63,695 nt of DNA from Octopus bimaculoides (lineage: Eukaryota): assembly GCF_001194135.2 (NCBI RefSeq), contig NC_068981.1, positions 131,629,116 to 131,692,810 of the forward strand, read 5' to 3'. This document shows positions 36,588 to 50,273 of this stretch, in pieces. Each line of letters begins with the position of its first letter. Position 1 is the stretch's first letter. Under the pieces are notes generated by a model. The model had not been told where the DNA came from. It saw only the letters and a list, made by a program, of their open reading frames with translations, and searched no databases. The position numbers and the translations under genes are program-made.

Positions 36588-36715
36588 ATCATCGTTTAAC
36601 GTCCGCTTTCCATGCTAGCATGGGTTGGACGATTTGACTGAGGACTGGTGGACCAGATGGCTACACCAGGCTCCAATCTAGCCATCTGGTTCATCATTCC
36701 TCAGTCAAATCATCC
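36588..36715 (-). mobile_element. Very short RTE 3'-end insertion terminating in a fold-back inverted duplication
   Basis: Tail at 36588. Arms 36627-36663 and 36679-36715 (37 bp, 4 mismatches) with a 15-nt loop. Confidence 0.88.
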
Positions 36716-36829
36716 TTAAAGAAAAAACAGTAAGAACACATCAAAACATGTATTGTTATTCAAAAAGGTGAGGTAGTCACAGCTGTCAGTGAAGGCTAAG
36801 ATAAGATTAAACGCCAACAATTATTTTAA

Positions 36830-37120
36830 TCACTGGATCTCACAGAAGCGATGACAAGTGATCGAAACCTTTGGCGATATGCTGTGCTTGAGAAGACTTG
36901 TCAAGCCAAGTGAAATCATAATTGTGGCTGGCGCCGGTGACACATTAGAAGCACCTGTGCCGGTAACACATTAGAGGCACCCACTACACTTTTGGAATGG
37001 TTGGAAGGGCATCCAGCCATAGAAACCAAGCTAAATCAGACTGGAATCTGATACAAACCTCTGGCTTACAAGTTCCAGTCAAACCATGCCAGCATGGAAA
37101 GTGGACGCTAAATGATGATG
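36830..37120 (+). mobile_element. Older RTE fragment (ORF2 end plus 3'UTR/tail)
   Basis: gaagcgatgacaagtgatcgaaacctttggcgatatgctgtgcttgagaagac, then ggacgctaaatgatgatg. Confidence 0.8.
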
Positions 37121-39615
37121 ACACATAGATAAAAAAAAAAACATCTGTCCATTTTACCTACAGATTAAACAATATAATCTAATTCCTGAACTCATTTGAG
37201 TACATATTTTCACATTTTATAACGTTTTGTCCCAGAGTTATTCCCCTTGCACAATCTGTAATCCAGTACAATTAACGAAATTTGTATGCCAGGTGTTAAA
37301 TTTCATCTGATCATATCTTTCTAGTAGTTACGCATTTTTTCAAAGTATCTCCTGACTGTCTATTCTCTAAATATGAAAGTATCTGACAGTGTCTGTTAAC
37401 TAGGTAACCTAATTATAAGTGGTATTGAATGTTCCAAAAGCATAGAAATATAGTCCAATTCCCAAGAAAGTTAACCCTCTCATTCTCCTACCTATCATTT
37501 TATTTCACTCACTTCTAATTTATCAAAGGTAATGGGGACAACTATCATCACTAACATTTTTCAATACTTTGAATCTCTCTCTCCCCCTCCTTTCTCAATG
37601 ACTACCAGTATAGCTTACATAGAGCCAGATCCACTGAGGACCTACTTTCTTGTGTTACCCACCAGTGAGTTCTTGCTTTAGAGGACTTCAGAGAAAATCA
37701 TATTGTTCCCCTAAAAATTTGACTAAACTTTTAACTACGTCTGCCATATGAATTTTTTATCAAAACTTTCTGCCTAAGGGTTCTATTCATGATAACATGT
37801 TAACAAAGTTCTTTCTGATTCACTCTTGATCAACACTGGTATGCCCCAGGTTTTGACTTTGTTCCCACTCTCTTCCTTTTATACATCAATAACCTACTTG
37901 CTATCACATCCAACAAGGTTTTTCACATTAATGGTGGATGGCTAATGATGATAATTTACAGAAAGTTGAATCACTGACTTAATTTTATCTCTAAGATATT
38001 ATAGCATATTATTAATGACTTTAACCCTTTCACTGTGAAATTAAATTTAATGATTATTCCAGTAATGATAGCGAATATTTATCAAAAATAGATATGGCAT
38101 TTTCTGCAAGTCACATAACCTCAATAAACTTGACATATCTCAACAAAAAATACTTTCAAACATGACCTTTTTCAATGAAATGAAAGACAGATTGGTATGT
38201 AAAACTGCTTTTGGTTATTAGGGGTAACTAAATTTTGAGTGGGCCTATCCAATTTACACAATAGAAGTGTTAAGAATAGCATTACACAATCTCATTTCTT
38301 TAGCCATATAAATTTTATCTATTGTGCTTATGTAAAAAAGGAATTTTATATTTAAGATGTACTTGCATGGTAAGTGTTTTGATCTGAAACTGTGTGTTGA
38401 AACTAAAATGAGTGCAGATTGGAAAACAGAAGTTAGCTATTCAAAAACACACAAAAACCATTAAAATTTTCTTTGCTCAAAACTACATCCTGTTCACAGC
38501 ACAAATTTTGTGCTGTGATCAGGTCACAGTTTCAAGTGACAAAACTTTTGACACCATATTACAAACAATAAATGTTTAAGTGAAGATAAGTCTTTGTGTA
38601 TTTCTGAATGGTTAACTTGTGTCTTCCATGCTGCACTAAAATATGATAACATGAAATTTGCGTTAATAGACGAATATTAGATATCTTCAAAGAATCAAAT
38701 TATATTGTGCTAGATTTAGACTACAAAAGTGAAAGAAATATTACATTTAATTCATGGATGAATGATTAGTGTTAAGTTCATTCAACATTAAAAAAAAACC
38801 TGTTGCAATAATAAAAGCAGATGTTTTTTTTCATTTATGTTTCTGTTTTTCATTTTTTACTGTTTTACTTTTTTCTTTACATTTAATAAAAGGAAAGTAG
38901 ATAGTGAATTTTTGACTATTTAGTAAGGACATCACAACCTTTTTGCTGGGGCTCTGTGACCAGCAGGAGAAAAGACAGAAGAAATCATAACTCATAGGCT
39001 ATCTTCAAGCTGAAGATCTAGTCCAAATGCTTCTACTAACAGCATCCAAGTTGCTATTAAACCACAGGTCAACTCTGAACAACAAGACTTATGATCGAGC
39101 CCTAACATTTTTAGGAATATGCATGACTATATTATCTAATGTGTCCTTGCCTTTTTTTTACGATAGTAAAGTCTGATATGGACATTTGGCTGCTATTTCT
39201 AGTAGGTCAAACGACCGCATAGAGACTTTCTACAAAATTTGGTGTCAATTTCATCGACTATAACCTGCCTAACATACTTGCGTACTAGTGTCAATGCAAG
39301 AAATTGATATATAGTTTCATCCCTTTACATTGTAAGTTCAAATCTCACTGGTCTCGAATCTGCTTTCTTTTTCTTCACCTTGGAGGAATGAAAAATATCA
39401 ATTATATATACAGAGAGTTTCAATTCACTACAGCTCTTGTATTAATATGGAAACTTAAATTTTTTTAATATTTTAACCTCCAATTTCAATTCTGCTCAGT
39501 CAACTTTTGCCTTTTATCCATCCTTGGTTTATAAATTTAATACCAAACATAGCCTATGATGGATCAGTTTATGGGTATCTCACTGTGTGACACCTTGGAC
39601 ACAGATAGCCTCAGG

Positions 39616-39781
39616 CAGGGCCGGCTCAAGGTACCGGCAGCTCAGGCAGTCGTTTGGGATACCATGTGCTAGGAGGTGCCAAGGAGGGTGTGACAAAGAC
39701 AAGGAAATTTCCATGACAGTCAGCCTGTACATGCCAAAGTTCAGCTTGCCTGGGGTACCAGCAACCCTAAGACCAGCCCTG
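39616..39781. mobile_element. hAT-type MITE, 166 bp, perfect 8-bp TSD
   Basis: gcctcagg (39608-15) | cagggccgg ... ccagccctg | gcctcagg (39782-89). Confidence 0.88.
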
Positions 39782-40229
39782 GCCTCAGGCTAAACAAAGC
39801 CTTAAAAATAAAACTTAGGAGACGGAAACTGAAGCCTTGTAAGTAGATTTTGTAAAGGGGAAATGAAAGAAGTCCAGAAAGAGAAAGAGTGAGTGTGTGT
39901 GTGTGCGTGTGTGTGTTACTGTCTCCTTGTCTTGATATTACGTGATATTTATAAACAAGTGTCACAGTCATGAAAGCAATGTCCTTCATTTCCAATCTTC
40001 CAAAAAAACATGTCTGGTCATGGGGAAATATTACCTTACTTGGAAACTTGAAGGTTAATGACAGAAAGGGCATCCAGCCATAGAATATCCATCCTAGCAA
40101 CTGTGAGCATGGAAAAGTGGATATTAATACAATGATGATACCTCAAATACACATTGGATATAGTAATGTTTGAATTTGCTTCAGTTACAAATTCACAAAA
40201 ATCAAATTTAAAATGTCAATTAAACATAC

Positions 40230-40341
40230 CAAGTCATGCTGTTTTCTTCCTTGGTTCTGTTGTGCCATACGGGCCTTGTAAGCAAACAACAGTTGCTGGT
40301 TTTGTTTTTGGGCTGCTGCCATTGGGCTCATATCAACAGGT
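40230..40341 (-). CDS. VPS9D1: VPS9D1-like exon (PVDMSPMAAAQKQNQQLLFAYKARMAQQNQGRKQHDL; phase 2 to 0)
   Basis: tttcag acceptor and gtatgt donor. Matches human LTPLEEASLQNQKLKAAYEARMARL. 112 nt. Confidence 0.92.
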
Positions 40342-40886
40342 CTGAAACAATATAATATTATACTTACTTTCCTTAAGTGATACATAAAGTTTTGGAATTA
40401 TAACAAATGAAACAGATAGATGTGATGTTTATGCCTTTCATGATAGCTTCATTAAAGTGATTAAAGACAGCAAGCTGTCGGAATCATGAGCATGCTCGAA
40501 ATATTGCTAAGCAGCATTTCTCCCAGCTCTTTACATTCTGTGTTGAAATACAACCATGGTCAGTTTTATCTTATGTCCTTTTGGGGTCAATAAAATCAGT
40601 ACCAGTTGAGCACTGGGGTCGATGTAATCACCATACTTCTCCCTTAAAAACATGCTGGCCTTGCATCAAAATTTGAAACTGTTATTAAAATGATTTATTT
40701 TTGTCTTTCAGTATAAACACAGGTGAATATTCTGAAATAATGGTTTCAAATTTTGGCACATGGCCAGCAAATTCAGGATGGGGGTAAGTCAATAACATCA
40801 ATCCCAGTGCTCAACTGGTATTTATTTTATCAACCCAGAAAGGATGAAAGGCAAAGTCAACATCGGCCGATTTTGAACCCAGAACA

Positions 40887-41266
40887 TTGTTGGCACTCCG
40901 TCGCTTACGACGTCGAGGGTTCCAGTTGATCCGATCAACAGAACAGCCTGTTCGTGAAATTAACGTACAAGTGGCTGAGCACTCCACAGACACATGTACC
41001 CTTAACGTAGTTCTCAGAGATATTCAGCGTGACACAGTGTGACAAGGCTGACCCTTTGAATTACAGGCACAACAGAAACAGGAAGTAAGAGTGAGAGAAA
41101 GTTGTGGTGAAAGAGTACAGCAGGGTTCGCCACCATCCCCTGCCGGAGCCTCGTGGAGCTTTAGGTGTTTTCACTCAATAAACACTCACAACGCCCGGTC
41201 TGGGAATCGAAACCACGATCCTATGACCGCGAGTCCGCTGCCCTAACCACTGGGCCATTGTGCCTC
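40887..41266 (-). mobile_element. SINE family B, full length, abutting a SINE-C fragment
   Basis: Reverse complement of 50692-51073; same orientation as 5491-5877. Confidence 0.9.
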
Positions 41267-42000
41267 TACCCCTCATACATACACACATTACTACCTCCAT
41301 CACTCATGGTTGACAAACATCTCTTTCAGTCTATCTACTTATCTATCTTATCACTCTCCTTCACTTCCATTAATATCTCTGTCACTCTTTCTCCTTTCTA
41401 TCAATCTCTTCTCCCATCATACTGTTTTTTTTTTTCAATTCAGTCTTCTTACCAACAATCAACATGTAGCTACCTACCACTTAACTACTTCCTCAATCCC
41501 CTTCCCTTCCTTATCACTCCATTTCCTTCCATCACAATCTCGCTCCAATCAACATCTCACCCTAGCTCTTCCTCATCACTCTCTCATATATTCACCAACT
41601 TGGTCATGTCATCTTGAACAAATGGGATGATATAGAATAAAAAGGACTCTTTAGATTTATTTATTTACGAGGAACAAGATAACCTCACTAGGGCTAATGC
41701 TATTATAAAATGTGTCCCATATACTCTATAAAGACATTAACAAACTGTGTAGGAAAGAAAGGGCCTGTTAGTCTTACCAAGAACAAGGCAGCTTCTCTTG
41801 AACTGATACCATGATAAAATTTAACCAGTACACTAAATGTGGTTTATGAAAGACAGCCAACTATAGAAACCATGCCAAAAATGAATCCCACATGCAAGAC
41901 ATGGTCCCAACTCATCAAATATGACAGTAACTCCAAATACGAACAGTCCTGAACACTGACAACCCAATGAACCTATTCCACCACAGAAAGTTGACTTAAA

Positions 42001-42062
<62 letters not shown>

Positions 42063-42066
42063 GATG
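42001..42066 (+). repeat. (ATG)22 tract (one GTG), expanded tail of a decayed RTE/SINE-E-type element
   Basis: Preceded by gttgacttaaa (cf. ggacgttaaa-gatgatg tails) and degenerate RTE-tail sequence at ~41850-42000. Confidence 0.8.
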
Positions 42067-42169
42067 AAAAAGAAAATGCTGCAAATTATGTTTAAAAGAT
42101 TTCTACTGTTCTGTAAATCATTTATTTCACATGCATCTATATTAAGATCACCTAGTATCTTTCTTCTTT

Positions 42170-42577
42170 TATCTTTTACTTGTTTCAGTCAGTGGACTGT
42201 GGCCATACTGGAGCACCACCTTGAAGGGTTTTAGTTGAACAGGTCAACTCCAGTACTTATTTTTTAAGTCTGGTACTTATTTTATTGGTCTCTTTAACCT
42301 GAGCCACTAAAATGCAGGGACATAAACAAACCAACACTGGTTGTCAAGCAATGATGGGGGGGGAGGACAAACACAACACAAAGACGCACACCATGGAAAT
42401 ATATACACATATAGGACAGGTCTTTTTTCAGTTTCCATCAACCAAATTCACTTACAAGGCTTTGGTTGGCCAGGGGCTATAGTAGAAGACATTTATCTAA
42501 TGTACTGAGCAGTGGAACTGAACCCAGAACCATGTAATTGAGAAGCAAACTTCTTACCACACAGCTCTGCCTGCACT
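42170..42577 (-). mobile_element. SINE family A, full length, diverged
   Basis: Colinear with 51729-52136. Confidence 0.85.
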
Positions 42578-42666
42578 TATATAATGCACTTTTTAAAATT
42601 TGTCTTAGTGTGAAGCCTACATTTTGCAGGAATATATCTAGTTTAGTTTCCAATGACCTATAAATA

Positions 42667-42945
42667 CATCATCATCATCGTTTAACGTCCACCTTCCATG
42701 CTAGCATGGGTTGGACGATTTGACTGAGGACTGGTGAAACCGGATGGCAACACCAGGCTCCAATCTAATTTGGCAGAGTTTCTACAGCTGGATGCCCTTC
42801 CTAACGCCAACCACTCAGAGAGTGTAGTGGGTGCTTTTACGTGTCACCCGCACGAAAACGGCCACGCTCGAAATGGTGTCTTTTATGTGCCACCCGCACG
42901 AAAACGGCCACGCTCGAAATGGTGTCTTTTATGTGCCACCCGCAC
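42667..42945 (-). mobile_element. Young RTE 3' end with a 46-nt tandem duplication at its 5' truncation point
   Basis: Units 42841-42886 and 42887-42932, plus 13 nt. Confidence 0.9.
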
Positions 42946-43501
42946 ATCCTTTTATGATATTTGATTCCAAAAATGTTATGAAAATATATTCACATAAGTC
43001 AGACAAGCTTATGTTAACCCTTAATGAAACTCAGTCCCTGAGTAACTGAATCATTATTGCCAATCCTCTTCCATTTATTTTTCTTTGCTTCAAACTTATT
43101 TCGTCATTGACTATAAATATACATAACTATATTAGAGATACATTTAACCATTAAGGTATTTTAACATAACATCACCTACTACTACATCACCATCGCCTTC
43201 ATGTCCACTTTTTCAACACTTGCATGGGTCAAACAGAGTGTATTGAAGCAGATTTTCTATGGCCAGATACCCTGCATGTCACCAGCCCTCACCTGTTTCC
43301 AAATAAGGTAATATTTGTAAGCATGACAGATGCAAGATCACCCAGACAGTTACTTTATGGAGAGTTACAAATTCGGAAAAAATGATCACAACATAAGCCA
43401 AAGAAATGATACAAGGACTGCATTCATGACAACTTAGTGAAATTGAAAATAAATGTTCAATTCTGGGAAGAGAAAGTGAGCTGGGCAAAAAATAGCATGA
43501 A

Positions 43502-43790
43502 CATCGTCGTTTAACGTCCGCTTTCCGTGCTAGCATGGGTTGGACAATTTGACTGAGGACTGGTGAAACCAGATGGCTACACCAGGCTCCAATCTGATTT
43601 GGCAGAGTTTCTACAGGTGGATGCCCTTCCTCACGCCAACCACTCCGAGAGTGTAGTAGGTGCTTTTACGTGCTACCGGCACGAAGGCCAGTCAGGTGGT
43701 ACTGGCAACGGTCACGCTCAAAATGGTGTATTTTACGTGCCACCTGCACAGGAGCCAGTTCGGCGGCACTGGCAACGATCTCACTCAAAA
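43502..43790 (-). mobile_element. Young RTE 3' end
   Basis: Near-consensus tail and modules. Confidence 0.9.
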
Positions 43791-44926
43791 AAATATATTT
43801 CGAGAAAGGGAGGTATAATGGATACACCAGATGAGATGAGATTAAGAGTTGGAAATGCAGTCTCTGTGACTGATATATCTTGTCAAAAGTATCTTTTGAA
43901 ATAAGTCGCATGAAATTACACAGTAACTTGCAAAACATGGTAACAATATCTGTGCAGTATGTGGGAAAGTCTATCAGAGTAATATTAGTTTGAATAGGCA
44001 CGAAAGTACATAAGATTACCAAATCACAAGTAAGCCATATATACTATGTACAAGTTTTCAATCCTATCTGTCATGTATGACAAACTTTGCAAGTCAACTG
44101 TTGTCTTAAAAGTCATCAGAGAGCACACAGATGTTATGAAGATTATCAGAATGATGGAGATTAATTGAGACAGTTACCATCTATCATGTGTTAAGATGAA
44201 ATGATTTAAGAAAGAGAGAAAGAGAGAAAGAGTGTGTGTGTGTTGTGCGTGCATGCATGCCTGTGCACGGGCACATACATGTGTGTGTGTGTCTGCACAC
44301 ACACACACACACACATGCATACATGTGGTGTGTGTACATGCATGTGTGCTTCATTGTCTTGACATTACTTGACAGTTGTATCACCATCATTAATGCAGAA
44401 TCCCTCATTCATTTTTAACTGTGGCAACATGAGAGGCATCTTGTCATAGAAAATCTGTTTCAATGAATTCTATCTGACCCATGTAAGCATAGAAAAGTGA
44501 TCATAAAAATTATGAGGAAGAGGAATTTAGGACTTGGGTTAGTTTTGTTTAAGTGACATATGCTTTGAAATGAATACTCTCGGTTTGAAATCACATTTAC
44601 TCAGAATTACAAATACTGTAATATCTTTTGTTTCTATTGGACAAATGTGGAAACTGTGAAAGTTCTAAGTATATCTAGGAGTCATTTTACTTTTCTTACT
44701 ATGTCTTCTACATGTACTTGAAATGTTGAATGAAATTCAAAGTAGTTTTGTCTTCTTTGTGTATGTGTGTATGCACATGTATGTGTGTATTACATGCGAT
44801 TCTTGTTGCTGTTGTTGTTTCGCCCAAAGCTAATCCAAAGCAAATCTATGACGAAATCTAAGTCATAACCATCCTCCCTTTTTTGAAGTAGCATGCATCT
44901 AGGACATGATCCAGTCCATCCTATAA

Positions 44927-45142
44927 CCCTTTAGCATTCAGATTAATCCATCAAATGTAATGCTTATTTATTCCCATTGTTTTGAATTAATCATACATTA
45001 TTTCATAGCTTCGAGATTTCAGTGATGTGATTGTTTATTTTAAGAATGACATTGTATGGTAGGTGTGAGAGCCCACATCTGGCTAGTTTGAACATAAAAC
45101 AGAATATTGTGGCCAGATATGACAAGTTTAAATGCTAAAAGG
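44927..45142. mobile_element. piggyBac-type MITE
   Basis: ataa|ccctttagcatt ... aatgctaaaagg|ttaa. Opposite orientation to the 17876 and 55436 copies. Confidence 0.75.
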
Positions 45143-45498
45143 TTAAAGATGATAGGAGGTAATGTGAGGAAGATCTGGCTGCTAATTCTAGTAGCATAAA
45201 AATGGTTGGCATCACACTGCAGATAGAGTTAAATTCAGAATCTAAGAAAATTGGATTAACTTGCCTCCAATTAAAGCCATTATACCACTTTCTTTTCTTC
45301 ACTCAGATGAACGCAAGAACCCCAAAATGTTAGATTCTTCACTCCTCACAGCAATTTGATTTTATACAAACACACTATACAGTCTGAGACTATACTGAAC
45401 CAACTGATGATGCAACTATTTTGGCACACATGTAGGCTTTGTGTCTTACAGGATCATGAAAATGATTTTTATGTTGATACTGTAATAGTGTTCTATAG

Positions 45499-45795
45499 CA
45501 GGGGCTATCAAACTGCGGTCCGCGGACAACAGGGTGTCCGCAAGGACAAGACAGGGGGTCCGTGGACAGCAAATACTTTTTATGGGCAATTTGATTTTAT
45601 ATATGTTTTTTAATCGAAATCTTTTAATTGACAATAAACCTATTTGTTAAATACTGTTAAATAAATAAATGTAAAAATATATGTTATTTTAAGCAAATAT
45701 TTATGTATAAATTTCATAAGCGTTTATAAAGGGATCCCTAAGGTAAAGCCTGAAATATAAAGGGGTCCGCAAGTCAAAAAGTTTGAAAAACCCTG
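45499..45795. mobile_element. hAT (Buster/Charlie-like) MITE, 297 bp
   Basis: TIRs caggggctatcaaact / agtttgaaaaaccctg. 8-bp TSD ttctatag (45491-98) vs ttctagag (45796-803), with central TA. Confidence 0.8.
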
Positions 45796-46609
45796 TTCTA
45801 GAGTATTGCTGGTATATCTAAATGCTTGTAGATGGTTAAACAGATAACTTTAGTGGCTATGTAAAGCAGTGCACATCTCAGTCATTTAAACTGAAAGATC
45901 ACTTAAAAATTCAAATTTCTAAGTGATGTTTCAGTTTAAGTAGTGTTGATGTCATTTAACACCAGGTCAGTGCAGATCAAACAAACCTGTAGTCAAAAGC
46001 ATCCCAGCCATAACTATCTTGCCTTTTTGTATATCAGAGACTGAGAGCTATTTCCTGCAGGTCAGACAACAACATAAAGACATCTTGAGCTCAGCAGTCA
46101 ACAGTGGAGACAGCAGCAGTGGCAGTGATAGTATGTGAGTGAATGTGTTTGTATATATGTGAGTGAATGTGTTTGTTGATGTATGTGCGAGTGACACATG
46201 CATAAGTGTGTGAGTATACATGTGAGTTAATGTGTTTAAGTGCATGTGTGAGATGATTTATGTGTGTTCACATATATGCACTCTAACAGTAAAAATCACA
46301 TGATAATAGGCATGCATGGCTAATATAAAGATAATATGATGTTATGCAGAGATAACAAAAGTGGAGGGAGTGTTAATGGTAATAATAAAAAGGACGAAAA
46401 TAATTTTGTCTTTAAGATAATGAATGCAATGCTGTTGACTATAACCACATTGCTTTACACTGCAATGTAGTTATAGTTCACAGTGATACTTAAAGCTGAT
46501 GTATGATGTAACATTTATGAAAAATTCTAGAACATATAAATAACTAATCTAAGTTTATGATGAAAAATTTCCAAGCAATAAAGGAGAAGAAAGATGTATT
46601 ATTCCTTAC

Positions 46610-46727
46610 TTAGTATAAGTATTCACAGATGAATTATGTAGTGTAGATAAAGGTGCTAAATTTTCATTGCTTAAAGTGATCCTTGAACTCTTCAGATTTT
46701 TAGAGGGAAGGGCTTGTGTTGGAGACC
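46610..46727 (-). CDS. VPS9D1: VPS9D1-like exon (GSPTQALPSKNLKSSRITLSNENLAPLSTLHNSSVNTYTK; phase 1 to 2)
   Basis: ttgaag acceptor after a U-rich tract and gtaagg donor. Open frame, and phases bridge the flanking exons exactly. Low sequence conservation (linker), so the acceptor is less certain. 118 nt. Confidence 0.65.
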
Positions 46728-48580
46728 CTTCAAGAAAATAAAACAACATCATTGTTAAATTTGTCAAATTAAAGATAGACTGGTTAACATAAAATGGAAA
46801 GCTAAACCAAAACGCCATGGGTTCATAATTAAACCATGTTTTGTTATTGTGTTAATTATGAAGGACAATTATTCAATCAAAAATAGTTACCACACCATTT
46901 ATGTGCAACAGTTTTGAGGTAACAAAAATTACAAAATCATTTCACATTTGGTTGGATGTCAAGTGAAAAAATTTATATATTAAAGTTAAAAATTATTTTT
47001 GTAATACCAATTCACTGAAATTTTTGGTGAATAAAGACAATACAGGTAAGTGCAGATTTTTGTCTTTAAAGCCAGCTGGTAACAACATTGGGCATGTTTT
47101 GGTTTCATTAGACTTCCTCATTCAATAAGATAAAATGCATACAACTCCCTCCAAAAGAACCATTTGAGCAATTGAAATTACTAATGGCAATTAAAAGAGA
47201 AATTTCTTTATAATCATTTCATTGATAAAGATGCCATGTAACTAACAACAGCCATGATCAGTAAATGTGGTCAAGAAATTAAAAAAATATGAATTTATCC
47301 AAAATAAATGCTATTTTTATGGGAATTAAATTAATGTAAATCCACATGTGATCATTCTCAATCTATGCCCCATCAACTCTTTTCCATCGTCATTGGTTTA
47401 TTTTTCACCTTCACATACAATCAACAGGTTAACAGAATTCATATTTGACTTGAGACAAATCCTATACTAAGTCCATTAACAAACTCAGATGCATTACTTT
47501 TACGTATTTGTCTCCAGAAGAATGGAAAATGAAGTAAAAGAGGACAGCATTTGAACTCAGAACATAAGAGAACAAACGATATGGTTGAGTGGAAAGTACC
47601 TCTGGGGAGTATTCTGCATGCTAAATACACACATGGTAAGGTTTCACATATGTATTAAACTTGGATTAACTTTAGATTATTCTTGGATCAATACAAGAAT
47701 CCCTCTGGAGGTGTTCAAAAATCTCCAAAAAAAAAGCAAGGAATATAACCCCAATAACACCAATTCATGGAAATTTTTGGAAAATAAAAACAATACAGTA
47801 TAAGTACATATTTTGTCATTAAAGCCAACTGATAAAAACAATGGGCATCTTCTAGTTTTATTAGATTTCTTCATTCACTAAGACATAAAAGTGATCAGTA
47901 AATGTAGAAAAAGGGGGAACACATTGGAAGTTATTTTGAATATCAAAATTATGGTTGTGCAAAAGTATCTCAGGAAGGCTGTCTGCATGTTAAATACAAG
48001 ATCCATCAAAATAGGCTTGGTTAACACTGTTTTCTCATTACTTTAACAATGACCAATACTATAGCAAAATTAAAATTATGCAAGTAAATCATTATAGTGA
48101 TAATTAAAAAAAAAAGTATTCACAATCAAATGCATACATAATGTCTAACTTTCTAAGACTTGATCTCAATGATGTAGCTGCTGGTTTTTAACCCTAGGTT
48201 AGCACTAATAGACTAAACCTTTGACCAACAACATTCCAGTCGTGAACCTACCAACTTTCACTTAGATACTGAATATCTAGGACTATATTATTTAATGTAT
48301 CCTCTTTTCAATCTGATATGGAGTTGTCTGCAGGAAATTTGGCAACTATTTCTACCCCTAATGCAACCACAAAGAGGCTCTCTTTGCCTTTGAATGACGT
48401 ATTTATAGCTGGCTCAGATGCAGTGTACAACAGAGACGACTTCATCGATGTGGACATGAGATGTGTATGGAAGATGTATGTATTTATAGTAGAGAAAGAT
48501 TTCATATACTTTATATGCCTGAAATTCAATATTTTGTTAGATGAAAGACGAGAACCAAAGAATATGCTAATTTTACTAAC

Positions 48581-48676
48581 CTTCTACTTTCTCAAGTATT
48601 ATTGATATTCGTTCCATGCATTGTTGACCAAGTGTAACATAACGATTCAAGACATTCCGGATTAAAATACCACCAT
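48581..48676 (-). CDS. VPS9D1: VPS9D1-like exon (DGGILIRNVLNRYVTLGQQCMERISIILEKVE; phase 1 to 1)
   Basis: ttgtag acceptor and gttagt donor. LGQQCMER matches human LAQQCLER. 96 nt. Confidence 0.88.
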
Positions 48677-49115
48677 CTACAAAAATATAAAATAAACAAA
48701 ATTAAACATGAAATACTAACAATGCATGTGAGATCACAGGCAGACTGACAGAGAAGGTAGCCTCCATAAGCAGCAGATATCACAGGCATGTTCACAGGAG
48801 ATAGACTTCACATGTGGCAGATATCACAAGTAAGCTGAGATAAGAGATAGACTCCATATCTGGCAGATGCACAGAGAACATGGAATAAATTCCTTCAAAT
48901 GTTTCAAAGGCTCTCTAAAAGTAATTGATAGTGTTTGCTATCAAAGTGACCAAATTAATAGTGGAAGTGGGTGCTGTGAAAGTATAATAACCAGAGTAAG
49001 AATGATGAAAAAAGTTCATTGCAACAAAGGGTCCTTCTCAGTGCGGAGGGCAGATTGTATGATGTTTGTGTATGGAGTGTGATCCTGCATAATAACAAGA
49101 GATGAACCTTGAATT

Positions 49116-49392
49116 ATCTTATTTCAGTCGTGAGATTGCAGCCATGCTGGAGCACCACCTTGAAGAATTTTTAGTCAAATGAATTGACCCTAGTACATTT
49201 TTTCTTTAAGCCTGGTACTTATTCTATCAGTCTCTTGTGCTGAATTGCTAAGCTATGTAAACACACCAACACCAGTTGTCAAGCAGTGGTGGAAGACAAA
49301 CACAGATACAAACACACATACATATATACGATGGGGTTCTTTCAGTTTCCATCTACTAAATCCACTCACATGGCTTTGGTCAGCCCAAGACT
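49116..49392 (-). mobile_element. SINE family A, partial
   Basis: Colinear with the 3' two-thirds of the family. Confidence 0.8.
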
Positions 49393-50273
49393 GATAAATA
49401 AGTTTTACATCATCAACTGTGTATTTACATAAGCAAATACCTATTTATCACCAGTGTTTACTTTTTTGGTGGGCAAATTAAATAATATTAGTTTCATATT
49501 TTTGGCAAAAGGCCAGCAAGTTCGGGGGAGGAAGTAAGTCAATTACATTGATCCCAGTACTCAACTGGTACTTATTTTACTGACCCTGGAAGGATAAAAA
49601 ACAAAATCAACCTCAGCAGAATTTGAACTCAGAACATAAAGACGAACAAAAAGCTTGGCATGCTAACAATTCTGCCAGTTCACCACCCTGGAAAATTAAA
49701 TAATATTAGAAACTATTAGTAGTTTGTTTTTTTTCTAATATTTTGCAATATCAGGTTATATCAATGTTTTCCATGTAAAATGGTTAACAAAAATTGTTTT
49801 GTATCAAAACAACAAATCAAAAGCTAGATAAAATATTGATAACAATATAATTGTGACTGACAGACAGAATACAGAGACACACACACACACATATATATAG
49901 AAACATATATATATATATAATCACACACAATACATACAGTACTTTGAAGTGCTTCCACTTTAAGCAGTATATAAAAACCAATGTTGTAACATCATGGTGA
50001 TGAGCTTTTTGATAACACTGTAATCCAGCGTTTTATAATCTTTTTGATTTTGTAGGACACTGGAGATCATGAAAATAAAATTAACTGATGCACTTCGCAT
50101 AGAAAGACTTGAAAATCTATGTTGATAATAAAGTTAAAAATTTAGGAAAAATATAAAAAATTATGTTTACCTTGTATTGTTTATTAATCATAATTGTGGA
50201 TAAATATCAAAATTATAAATAACATTTTTCAATGCACTTAGACATTAATATCAATTTTCTAAAGTTTTAAATT

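Noticed and set aside
41833-42234. Poly-His / poly-Met ORFs
   Set aside because: Translation of the (ATG)22 retroelement tail microsatellite.
48308-48605. Overlapping ORFs on both strands just downstream of exon 48581
   Set aside because: The nearest acceptor gives an immediate stop in the required phase, exons 48581 and 46727 join in phase without it, and there is no recognisable homology.
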